Origin: Balanoglossus misakiensis
Taxonomy: Eukaryota; Animalia; Hemichordata
DNA length: 64,000 nucleotides
NCBI GenBank assembly: GCA_040954595.2
Contig: CM082586.2
Location: 11,315,337 to 11,379,336 of the forward strand
Direction: 5' to 3'
Positions 52,250 through 64,000 of this stretch are shown here, piece by piece. Positions within the stretch are counted from its first letter, which is position 1. The number at the start of each line of letters is the position of its first letter. The position numbers were made by a program, and so were the translations under genes. Under the pieces are notes generated by a model. The model was not told the DNA's origin. It searched no databases and saw nothing but the letters and a program-made list of their open reading frames with translations.

Positions 52250-52468
52250 AAACTTAAATAACTTCATTAATATCAAAGCCACACCCACCAAAACCTTTTC
52301 AGTTCTTGCCATATGATATCTGAACCTGTGTACTAAATTTGGTTGAAATCGGTTCAGCGGTTCTTGAGATATCGGGTATACAGACAGACACACACACACA
52401 CATACATACATACACACACACACACAGACATCGCTAAACCATAAGCTCATGTGATTTTCACGTGAGCT
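52250..52468 (-). mobile_element. HINE-like 5' fragment
   Basis: Minus strand: TTTTT-AGCTCACGTGA AAA TCACATGAGCT hairpin followed by a (TG)n tract. Confidence 0.6.
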
Positions 52469-53229
52469 AAAAATGAAAAAAAATCCATGAGGTCTCAAAA
52501 TGAATACACAACAATTTCTAAAGCAATTTGACCAGTTTCCACCAATTTCACATTGGTCCCAGTGGTAGATAGACATATACGAAATGGGAACCAAAGAATA
52601 AAACACATTTCAAAGATTTAACACATCTTTTTCCTCAAGAGTGTTTTTCAAATCTTCTCCACATCCTTCAAAATCGCCACCATAAAGCCATATTACTTGT
52701 AGTGCTTATGTTTGTCATATCTAGGTGATGCATACCACCAGAGATGTGTACCCTTTGTATAGAGGCAGATTAAACAGGTGTGGTACCTGTTAAATATCTG
52801 ACTTCTTTAAATTACAGCCACAATCGTCTGTCAACAAGATGTTCATGTAGATGTATACCTAGCAGTAAGCTTATTTAGATTGACAAATCTTAGATGAAAA
52901 TAATGAAAAAGTGGCACAACCCTTAGGGCTTTAACTAGCAGCTTTATGCCAGATGAGTTCGAGTCTAACGATGTAATGTTGACATTAAGGTTTCATTGAA
53001 ATAACTTGGGAACCTCTCTACTATTTGAAGCACCAAAGCTGTGAAAAACTTCCTTCTTTCCCTGAGTTTTTTATGAATATGTTCTAATCTGGGACAAAAA
53101 TTTGTTGCCAAGTGTCTTGACCCCTTTACCAAATGTCAGGGACCGGATTTTTTTCAGCAAAATTTCAAATAACCTTGGCTGATTTTTTACCTACTTTCAC
53201 ATATTGGGTAGCATGAAACAAAGTATGGC

Positions 53230-54415
53230 TTCCAGAAGGGTTATAGATACAGTGTTTTGTAATAACAAGAATTAACATGAAACTATAATTTCATGGTTAT
53301 TTAGGACCGCCTTAATCTATGGTAACGTCATTAAATATTTGCATATCTAATTGTAGGCTATCCAGTGGAGGGAGAAACCTAAACATGGACAACATTGGGG
53401 TCAAAATTGTTTGACAGAACTTTGGGTGACTTTGGGTAAACCTTGACCAACATTACTATATCTTGGCATCCAGAGCAGATGCAACCTTGACACTTGGAGT
53501 GATGGAAATGCATAACGGAGTATTATGTCTCAGCTAGTCACAGTGCTTTTGCTGTGTTTTATGTCTTTTATTTAGCCACATGAGATGTTTTTTATTACAC
53601 ATTGGCTGTGTTTGCCAGTACTTTTTAGCTGGTCACACTGCCTTAAGACAATGTATTCTCAAAATACCATGCAATCATTATGAAGCATATACAGCAGACA
53701 AAGTTATGGTATGACTGAACTTGCCCTTCTTTGTGACTAAAGCATGACCGGCCTGTCTTAGGTGGCCCCTACCTAGGGGCTTTACCCGTCATTGGCTCAC
53801 AGTCTGAGAAATCAGCTCTGCAGGGAAGTTAACGATGTAACCCACCATTAAAGCTTGGATTTCCGCTTTTTGTATCTGATGCCTGGCTGAGGCCTTCTTA
53901 GGATCTACCCAACGCTGAGTAGGCTATCCCGTCATTGGCACACAGTCTCAGGGAGGGAGTCAAAAGTTCAGTATACCAGCAAAGCCTTTATATTGTCCAT
54001 TCTTTTTAAGAGAAGGCTGGCTGCTGTAGAAAAATGTTGATCTCAAATTTATCATGTCCAAAAAAGGCAGACTTCCAGCCCTATTGGTTAGGCTGGCATT
54101 AGGTATGTACATAATTAATGAGGCAAGACATAATATTCCATTACATAGTTCCATCACTCCAAGTGTCAAGGATGTATCTGTGCCGGATGCCAAGATATAG
54201 GAATGTAGGTCAAAGTTTACCCAAGATCACCCAAAAGTTTGTCAAAAGATTTTGACCCCAGAGTTGTCCATGTCCAGGTTACCACATCCACTAGAATAAC
54301 ATATGCACATATTTAATGAGGTTACCATAGCTCAAGGGGGTCTTTAATTAACCATCAACATTTAGTTTCATATTAATGCATGTTAATATAATACACTGTA
54401 TCTATAACCCTACTG
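53230..54415. repeat. Diverged inverted pair of HINE-internal sequence (~290-bp arms, ~600-bp spacer)
   Basis: GGGTTATAGATACAGTGT (53238) vs ACACTGTATCTATAACCC (54393); CTATGGTAAC.TCATTAAATAT vs ATATTTAATGAGGTTACCATAG. Confidence 0.7.
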
Positions 54416-57400
54416 GTAAGCCTAGAATTAGGTACATGCGAAAGTTTTTGACAAGATAGATAAGTTGTAAAATATGTACATGAACCTGACAATTGACTTA
54501 AAATAACATAAGGCAGACTTGATACTTATCGGAGATAGATACTAATAACAACAGACTAGTGATGTTAATTACACCGGGAATGTTTGTCTTATTATAGCTA
54601 CATGTAAAAGACTGCTTGAGGTAATGTAATTAAAGTGACCACTTGCGATTCACCTTCAAAGTGCTATGCAAGTCTATGGTACATTGTTTTTCCAATGATT
54701 GGACAAAGGATATTCATAATGTGTAATTAAGGCTGGATAGCATTTTCAATGTAATAAGCCCTGCCTTCACTATAATCTTACGCCAAATCAACATTGTTCA
54801 GTTTATGTTAATAACTTCACTAAGGGACACTTGTTACATCAAATTTCCCAGCAAGGGGTGTCAGATTATTGGGCAAGTGGCATGCATGACACTAGACGAT
54901 ACTTTTGGAAGCAAAGCGGACAGAACACGGCTGGATATAGACTAGGTAATCGAATGTGACCATGAACTGTACCACAGACTCTGTATTGTATGTTTCTGAA
55001 GAATCCCATTTAACCCAGACATCAACATACTTCAACCTTGTAAGAAGTAGAACATACATGATTTACTAGTAAATATTTGCTAGGTTATTACACACTTTGG
55101 ATTACACAAAAATAGGTGTGTACACCGCTGTGACATTCCCAAGCAGATATGACCTACCAGGTAACCTAATACAATTTCACAGGAATCGGAGTATTTTCAG
55201 TGAAAACAACATTTCTTCAACAATGACAAAAACTGCCTCAACCACAAAAATTCAGATATCAACAAATCCAACAATATCTCACTTCAATCACCACAAGGAA
55301 CATGCCTACCAAAATTGAAAGCAATCTGACATGCGGTTTCAAAGAATACAAATTGCAAAAATTGCCTCAAGACCACAAATATGCAAATTTCACCAAAATG
55401 ATATACAACATTACTTGGGTTACCTCATGGAACAAGCAAACCAAAATTTAAATGCAACCTGACCTGACATGGAGTTTCAGAGAAAATGATTTTTGACCAA
55501 AAATGACAAAATTATATTTCCCAAAAATTACAAATTTTGCCACAATTTAAACAATACTAACAAAGATTACCTATAGGAAATAGCATACTAAATTCTAGAT
55601 ACAATTCACGATATTAGCTGAAAGTATATCAGGCGTGACATAAGCTACATGCATACAAATGTTCAAAGCAATCTGACCAGTTGTTGAGTTTCTGAGTTTT
55701 GATCAATTTCACATTGCTCCAGGTAATTAGCATATTTCATTTGAACAGGCGTGCCTGCATCTAAAAACCCAATATCAAGACTTACCACACAGACTCTGTA
55801 TTGTATGTTTCTGGAGTAATCAAATAAAACCTATCATGAAAATACTTCAACCTTCTTAATATGAACAAAATCCTATTTACAGGCTGGCCTGCATCTACAC
55901 ACCAAACATCAAGGGGATACGCGAAGGGGTTTTCAAGTTTTTGATGTGGACAGACATACATACATCCATACATACTACATACACACATACAGAGGCAACT
56001 GACTGGTCAGAAGGCATGAGTAAAAATGCAGGAAATCAATGTTGTGACACTGGTAGTAGGCCTTAATGTATACAATATCAAGACAGTTTATTTAACATGA
56101 AGTTTGATATGTTCATAATCATTCAGAGCTAAGCATATTTTGAAATTGTAAAATTAATATCAATCACATGAAAACTGACAGCATGCTTTCATTTGGAAAT
56201 TTAGGTATTGTAATTAACACTAACAGTCATGAAACTATTGAATCGTCAATAAAATCATACAGTAGAAATTAATGGGTTTTCTATTTATATGCGATGTGAA
56301 AATGCAACTTGTGGTCCTTCGGCCAGTAAGAGGCATCAGATAATATTGTAAGACCCAGTTGCCAAATTGATTAGACCTACATGTATGCGCTATGTGAAGC
56401 GCAAGTTATGGCAACTGAATTCACAGGACACTGAAGAAAGTGGAATCACTCAAGGTACATATGTATACATGTAGGCTAACAATCACAACACAGAGAATAG
56501 TTCTCCATATTCATTTTTAATACGATAAGATTCACTGAATTGGCGCATCTATGGGCAGGCAAGGTTAGTTCCAGCTCAGTTTGCAAATCAGGCCCATGTA
56601 TCTTGTTCCCTGAGACTGTCTGCTTCTAATAATAGCTGTAAGAACATAATCGTTGACCGAACGGTTGGTTCAATTTTGCAACATTTTATGATTTCAAGCT
56701 GTGCAATATTTGCAACTCAGTTTCAACTTTGGTTGGAGGGATGATGATGAAGCAATTTCACTGACAAAATAACACTACTAACTGACGTCAATATTTGTTC
56801 AAAGTTAAATGCATTGCCATCAGAAAAATGTATACGAAAAGTTTCGTATGTGAATAATAACACTTTTTCGCATAACTGCAAACCCTGTCACAGTTGTGAA
56901 ATTCTAAGAAAATTCATTCATTAGGTAGAATTCGTGCTTTATGAATTCTTAAACAAACTTAGTCATGAAACCTAAATGGTTACCTTACACATGTGGAGGC
57001 TCGACTTCTGTGATATGATAGTCTTCAATTAATGTGTATGTTATTCCATACAAATCCATATGATTACCTGAACGTACAAAATAAATTAAAAATAAATACA
57101 TAAATTAAAAATAAATAAGTATCTCATACATATGCATAAGTGCTTGTGAGAAATATATCATATATCTAAATAAACCTGTCATTTATTGACCTCATTTTCC
57201 CAGTAAACCAAAGGACTAAATTGCACTTTAATATTACAGCTTCATTTCAATGCAACAGGTACACTACATCATAAGGGAACAAATATGCCAGCTCAACATT
57301 TATATAAACAGTGTCAAAATATAAGTGGCTACAAAAGCTTGTGTCCCTTCAATCCATCCTCCCACTCAGGTCAAACGTGTTACATATTAAAATTGCAATG

Positions 57401-59378
57401 TACATACAATACATTTAGTCTTTTGTAAATTCAGACTGAGAAAATATGACTGATAAACATTATCTGGCACATGTTGGTGAATGGCTGGCGTTGATGTTGT
57501 GGGTTGAAATCCGAACTATGATTATCGCGGGTACAAATCACATTTATTTTCTCAGAGACAACACGTTTGCAACTTCGGGACAGAAAGGTGAAAACGAACG
57601 TCATTAGTTCTTGGGAAAAAACTCTGAAATCAATTTCGGTGAGGTCAAATGTGTTCCAAAGGCAAACCGTTTCTGGTAAACAAATCAATGGCAAATAGTT
57701 ACTTCGGCGACTTACCAATCAATCAACATGGCTGCCAAATCGTTCGATATCCCGGTTTCATCTCGCGATCATTCTATCTTCCGATATGGCGTTGCTTGGT
57801 TAAATTCGTCTCTTCTTTGCCGACATAGTCGGGCGACAACGGTCCAGAAGCATATACAGCGACGCCATCTTGTTTACAATGTGAAGTATCAACTGCGCAT
57901 GCTCAATGGTTGTTGATTGGAAAGTGGGCAGAGCCTGCAAGATCCAGGGTTCGCTTGACCGGCCAAACACGGTTATTCTCCCTGGACCAAATCATTTAAG
58001 CGTCAGGCGTAATACATCACATAATTGACTGGAAAACTAAACAGTCTTCCACCTATATATCAACACAGTTTATTAAACCTGCACCCGCGCAAATATTTAC
58101 AAGTATATGATTAAAATTGATCAAATCATTAATCGCACGGTTACAGCTGTCATAGTTTCTAATAATATTATTCACTGGTAGCGCTGACATACCATGTTGA
58201 AACTTGTCGCGGAAAACAAGATAATTGATCTTACGGTGTCATTTGTTTTTAAAAAGTGCTTAATAACTATTGATCCCATTGATATATTTTTCCATATTGA
58301 TATATTTTTCGCAAATTTTGACTGCTTGGGCTACTAATAGCATGGTGATCACAATGGATTTACCACCTCCCAGCTGCGTTATAAAAGAATGCCTATTCTG
58401 TGGACACTAGCCTCATCGAAGACCGAACGTGTTCATCGATGTTTCCATTCATGACGAACTCCAATGCAGGCGTCGCAGTCATTCTGGCTTTCACGCTGGG
58501 GCACCTCTGGTGACAGCAATTCCCAACAAGTTGCGGGTAAGTAATCACACAACCTATATGAGTGAAAGTTTCTTGTCATTTTCGCAACGTCAAGGTTGAT
58601 ATTCTCTTCTTGGATCGAAAATGTGTGACACAACAAATGAATCTGCGTGGCAGGGTCGGCTGTGTCTTTTGCTTCGAGGCATAGTCGTCAGACACACATC
58701 CCTAAGACGCGAAGCCAGCTTATCCTTTGATCAAATGGCAGCGCTATTCTAAATATTTTACAGCATGCCGTAAAGGACAAACACGTGCCGCTGGAAGAGG
58801 CCAACACTCAGCAGAGACGGCAATATGTTAACGGAGGTGAGCCCCAACAATAAATTAATATTGTTCCTTTTATTTAGAAAACGCCGCATAATTAGCCAAC
58901 CAATCATGGTTATGAGAAACCTCCAAAATACAATGTATCGATATTTACTGCATCTGTTCATACTTCGCCCGCGCTTTAAAAACCCTATAGCTGCTAAAAT
59001 TGGCATATTTTTTTCCAGAGTAAAATACTTCATATGTATATTCCCTATTCCCTAAAATCTTCACCCGTGACCATTAAGCCATATTACTTGCATTTGCATT
59101 GGTTTGTCATCACTTGGCGTCGCATTTCACGATAGCTGCTTAGCTGCTATTGTTTGTATGAAGGCTTATTAAATCGGTGAGGCACCGTTTTAATACATAG
59201 CATGTTCCAATTGCAACATGCAGTCACAATCGGGCATCGATAAGATGTTTATGTATACCTATCAGTAAGCTTATTTTGATGAACCAATTTAAGTTGGAAA
59301 ATAAAATCATGAAAATAATGCAAAAAGTGGCAGCTTTGGAGGCTTTAAACTACAGTTCTCCCAAATTGTCTTGACTAA

Positions 59379-59529
59379 ATGACATACATGTGGTCAAAAG
59401 TTCTGACTGCAGAAGAGGTTGCAGCTGTGGCGGGGGACTGTTCAATTGGAGGAAATATATTTACATGGAATAAAGACAATATTGAAATGGCAGCAGAAAT
59501 AGTTCCTACTGAAAAGAATGCTATCTGCA
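59379..59529 (+). pseudogene. Orphan pentraxin/LamG C-terminal exon fragment
   Basis: YMWSKVLTAEEVAAVAGDCSIGGNIFTWNKDNIEMAAEIVPTEKNAIC ends at a phase-1 donor A|GTGAGT. It shows the same W..VLT.EE...LA..C...GN...W pattern as the 20.6-20.9 kb exon. No acceptor is visible. Confidence 0.7.
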
Positions 59530-60072
59530 GTGAGTATCACGACTTTAAAATGAAAGATTTTGCAAATTTAAAAAAAATATTGAGTGTTTTGACATGCGTC
59601 AGTGGTCAGTAACACACAAGCTGCATGATAAGAGGGTCACGAGAAATTGTAAGCCGCAATGTATAATGGATTAACTCCATGACCTATGCGACCTACGAAC
59701 TGTGACGTACAGAATTTATTTCTACGTGTAATGCGGTCAGCGGCAGTGAGCCACAGACCGCATTGCGAGAGCAGTGAGAATTCACCACAATGCAAACTTT
59801 CTGAACGTAGGTTGATCTTCGAATGAAATATTACCTTGTCACCAGTTTTCCACATGGCTACACTGTAAAATTGGGTGACGTGTTCGTTCACAAGTGGAAT
59901 AATTGTGAGTAGTAATAAAGCACACGAAGTTAAGCAACGAGCACTTTTTGAAATGCGCGCAGATGATCCCAGTTTAGCAAATTCAGGCCATTGCGTGCAT
60001 GCAAAAAAAATAATATTGTACCGGGGGTGAGCCTACTTTCTTTCCATACAGATACACGTATATGTTGGTTAA

Positions 60073-60867
60073 GATGGGTCCCTAGGATCTTTTTGCTCGT
60101 TGCTATGGGCCTTTATAGGACACTACACTCAATTTTGATCGAAACCGTTATGAACGTCCGACAAGGGGCTTGTAACTAGTTAAAAATACGCACGATTGTG
60201 TGCACACCCCCTGTCCGAGTATGGTTACGGCAGCTACCGCCCGGCCATAGGCCGCCACGCTAATACGGCAAAGCAGCGGTCAGCGATAGCGTGCGCGTCC
60301 TGTAACCACAGTAACTGGATCGAACGCTAAAAATCCAATGTTTTGTACACAGAGATTTTGTACCGTTCACGAAAATCCCTAAGGCTTTTTTCATAGACCA
60401 CGTACGCCAGCCAAATTTGACCTGCTTGTTGAGAACGCACTTCCGCATAGTGTGACGGATCGTTTTTTCGGTTTTCGTCGTGCTAAGAAGCGATACCGGT
60501 GGAAGAGTGCGTCCAAAAACACCCAAAATCGATGACTTTTTCAGGTGTGGTACGGGTATGCTGAAATCGTAGGATACAACGATAATATTTGAAAACAAAA
60601 TCCGTCACGATCTTCCCTGGTTCAAGCAACTAATGAATACGCATCAAGTTCGTTTTTGAGGTCACGGAATAAAAAGCCTTAGGCTTTTGAAATTTGACCT
60701 AGCTAATTTGCATATCAATGGCGTCAGGGGGCGCGCGCTCACAATCGTGCAGATTTTCAACTAGTTACCAGCCCCTTGTTAGACTCTGAAAACGGCTTAG
60801 TCCAAATCGGGGTGTAATGTCCTATAAAGGCCCATAGCAACGCGCAAAAAGATCCCAGGGACCCATC
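60073..60867. mobile_element. 795-bp non-autonomous DNA transposon with TTAA TSD and ~120-bp imperfect TIRs (Kolobok-like)
   Basis: TTAA-GATGGGTCCCTAGGATCTTTTTGCTCGTTGCTATGGGCCTTTATAGGACA ... TGTCCTATAAAGGCCCATAGCAACGCGCAAAAAGATCCCAGGGACCCATC-TTAA. Confidence 0.9.
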
Positions 60868-61326
60868 TTAAGGTATGTGACAAACAGTTTTCATGTAACA
60901 GCCAGTGATGGTGACCATAAAACCAGCGCAGCTGATGCTTTCATCTACAATTTGCAACATGGACGTTTGTGTCTCTGCATGTGTCGTGCATGTTACTGCT
61001 GAACAAAAAAGATATGCGGGCACCACAGGCTGGCGAAAGCGGTGCTCACGTGCTCTGCAAGCTGATGTTGTCACTAAATTGGCAAAGTATTGTACACATG
61101 GAGGAGTTTCTTGAGCTGTCTGTTGTATAAATGTCGGTTGTGAGTACATTATTTTTTATTTTTTTTAAATAATTTTCAAAGCCCCTATGATTGAAGCATA
61201 TTATTACGACTCATCCGTTCATCATTCATTCATTCATTCATTCATCCATTCAGTCAGTCACTGTACCAATTGAAGACGCCCTTGTATAGGAGAATTTAGC
61301 TATGTACTGACTGTCTTTTCATTTTT

Positions 61327-62607
61327 AGGTCCCATTGGTATAGGCCTATATACCATGGGACCTTATGGGATGGGTTGCGTCTGTATGGATGTATGTATGG
61401 ATGTATGTATGTATGTATGTATGTATGTATGTATGTCCGTCCACATCAAAAACTTGAAAACCGCTGCGCGTATCACCTTGATATTTGGTGTGCAGATGCA
61501 GGCAGGGCTGTAGATGGGAGTTTGTCCAAACGAAGTTGCCAGGCCCAAAAATATGCAAATTAGCCAGTAATATGTGAAATTTATCAAAACTCTGAAAGTC
61601 AACAACTACTGGTCAGATTGCTTTAAAAATTGGTATGCATGTACCTTATGTCAACCTCACATCGACCTGTAAGTGTTAAGTTAATATCATGGATGTTTTA
61701 TTTTTTATAAATTTTTTAGTCTTTTTATTAAATTTATACCTTTACTTATACCTCTATGGTTAAGCTATGTCCACGTCTTATTGTGGAATTCTGGTCTGTG
61801 CAATAGTCCTGTACAGTGACTGTCTATTGGTCAGTGAGCACAATGGGGCCAAAATAAAAGGCAAATTTTTGGCTCACCTGTAACACCTGCTTAACACATT
61901 AATTATGTGCATACCTAATTCCGGGCTAACTAATAGGGCTTACGCTAGAGGTTTCGTTCTTGTGGGACATGGACCAGTATAGGGTCAAAATTTCTTGTCC
62001 AAATTTTGGGTGACCTCAGGTGACCTTTGACCTACTTTCCTATATCTCGGCATCCAGAGCAGGTACAGACTTGGCGTTTGGACGGTTGGGACTAAAATTG
62101 AAAAGCCAAAATATGGGTCACCTGTGACACCTGCATATCTCATTAATTATGTGCAAAGCTAATTCCAGGCTAACCAATAAGGCTATAGGTTTGGTTTTTA
62201 TTGAACATTGACCATTATAAGGTCAAAATTTCTTGCCCAAATTTTGCATGACCTCAGGTGACCTTTGACCTACTTTATCATATCTTGGCATCCAGAGCAG
62301 GTACAGACTTCGCGTTTGGAGGGTTGGGACTAACATTGAAAAGCCAAAATTGGGGGTCACCTGTGACACCTGCATATCTCATTAATTATGTGCAAAGCTA
62401 ATTCCAGGCTAACCAATAAGGCTATAGGTTTGGTTTTTATTGAACATTGACCATTATAAGGTCAAAATTTTATGCCCAAATTTTGCATGACCTCAGGTGA
62501 CCTTTGACCTACTTTTCCATATCTTGGCATCCAGAGCAGATATGCTTATTGCTATGTTGCTATGTTTTATGTCCTCAAATGGGACCACAGTGTCCTTGAC
62601 GCTATTT
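61327..62607 (+). mobile_element. Full-length HINE/DINE-like element with internal ~240-bp tandem repeats
   Basis: 5' hairpin AGGTCCCAT..ATGGGACCT, an (ATGT)n tract, then 3' subTIR ATGGGACC, stem-loop AGTGTC-CTT-GACGCT and ATTTTT. Repeat units start at ~61872, 62115 and 62355. Confidence 0.8.
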
Positions 62608-64000
62608 TTACTTCATCCTATAGAATCTACCGACCTGGTCGCTGTCAATAACAATTCAACTCCTTAAACATCCTGTGTGTGTGAAGTCTATGAACACTGG
62701 CCATGCATTTCAATTCAAGGACAAAATGAATGCGCAATATTTCGTTTTATCGAGAGTAATGTGCAGTGATTAAATTTGCTAGGGCTCTCTTAGCAGATTT
62801 GGAGATAGTCATTTTGGTAGAAACTTTTCGAGATGGGAAATCTTTAGTCATCTAACCAAGTTATTTGTATTTTTGTTATATAAGACAGAGTCATTTCTAT
62901 ATCATAGATGCAAAATTAATTTATAACATGAATTTGAATAAATATTTTTTTTTAAATATCACCACATGAATTTGAATAAAATATTTTTTTTAAATATCAC
63001 CAGATTGAAATATTTGGAAGTTTGCACTTAGAGGGATGGCATGGCAGTTTTCCACTGTTCATATTACAAAGAATTTGGCGTCACGTGTAGATTTCATGAG
63101 TGTTCGAGTTTTGCTCTTCCCAGCCTCGTACCCACAATCCTCTGATACTTACACTTACGTCAGTTCTATAGCCGCTGACCCACTAGATTCTCCTTATGAA
63201 TTGCCCAAATTATTTTTTGGTGTAGTTTTGATAGTTGGTGCACGGAAACTTTTGATCGATTCACGAAATTCAAAATATGTTACATCACAAACCTCATAAA
63301 ATGGAGGCTAGAGTAGCCTGTTTGTTTTCAGGTAATTTTACAATTACCTCAATTACCTTTTTTCGAGGGAGGGGGTTAAGAAAACATACAGATTGAAATA
63401 ACAAGGAAGTGGTATATCAAACCGAAACCTTATCTCAATCGTGATTCTAGCGTGTTTCCATGTCATGTGACATCCACAAAAATGTGGTATTATCTTGAAA
63501 AGAGTCCCGATTTCCCAAACTGGTTTTGCAAATGTACTTCACTTTGGAGCAATGCATGAGTACATTCGTAGAAAGATATTGCTCCACTATTTACTGACAC
63601 TCCTCTTTTACTGCAAATATTACTGCATTCTGTCAGGGCAAGACAAAAGACACAGCAGAACTGCCAGTATTAAAACAGACAACTGGCAATTTCAATAAAA
63701 CATGTAATAACAAATATATGTAACATTGAATGAGGTGTCCATACAGCTTGGTCATTTAAAGACCTCCAGTCATTGTGACAATGCATAAATATTTATGTAC
63801 ACCATGTTAAAAATTAGTTCAGGCATACCTTATACATGTATGTTTTTGACGGACCATATCCTCAGCACGCCCTTTTTTTTTCAAAAAGACTATCATTATT
63901 CTCTGCCAGGCAGAGAGTTGCCGCTTTCTTGTTAACAATAATATACTATTATAACATTGCATAGATTCCTGTTTGTTTCTGTCCATATCTCACAAACTGT

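Noticed and set aside
60260-60598. THAP or transposase remnant inside the TTAA element
   Set aside because: There is only a vague F..IP...HF resemblance, and the conserved Cys/Trp residues are absent.

Overview
AT-rich, intron-containing, repeat-dense animal DNA, probably a marine invertebrate (inferred from repeat style only). Main contents: (1) an 82-86 bp minisatellite at 0.3-1.9 kb. (2) Nested non-autonomous Helentron-type (HINE/DINE-like) elements at 4.3-8.6 kb and elsewhere. (3) The 3' 14 exons of a uninflatable/SVEP1-like transmembrane gene (pentraxin-EGF-HYR-sushi-ephrin_rec_like-EGF-TM-NPxY) on the minus strand at 12.05-20.9 kb, with a premature stop and three damaged splice sites, all explainable as G>T changes. 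(4) An apparently intact 5,294-bp ISL2EU (PIF/Harbinger-related) transposon at 31,422-36,715 with 47-bp TIRs, a 2-bp AC duplication, a THAP-DDE transposase and a convergent SAP-SWIM-YqaJ exonuclease gene. (5) A ~21-kb mosaic of nested inverted repeats at 21.8-43.4 kb. It carries scrambled exons of a spliced tandem OB-fold (RPA/SSB-like) gene, two copies of an atypical tRNA-like cloverleaf and a 309-bp array. (6) Many MITEs with TTAA, TA, TAA or 7-bp duplications. All alignments were done by eye and no database searches were run.
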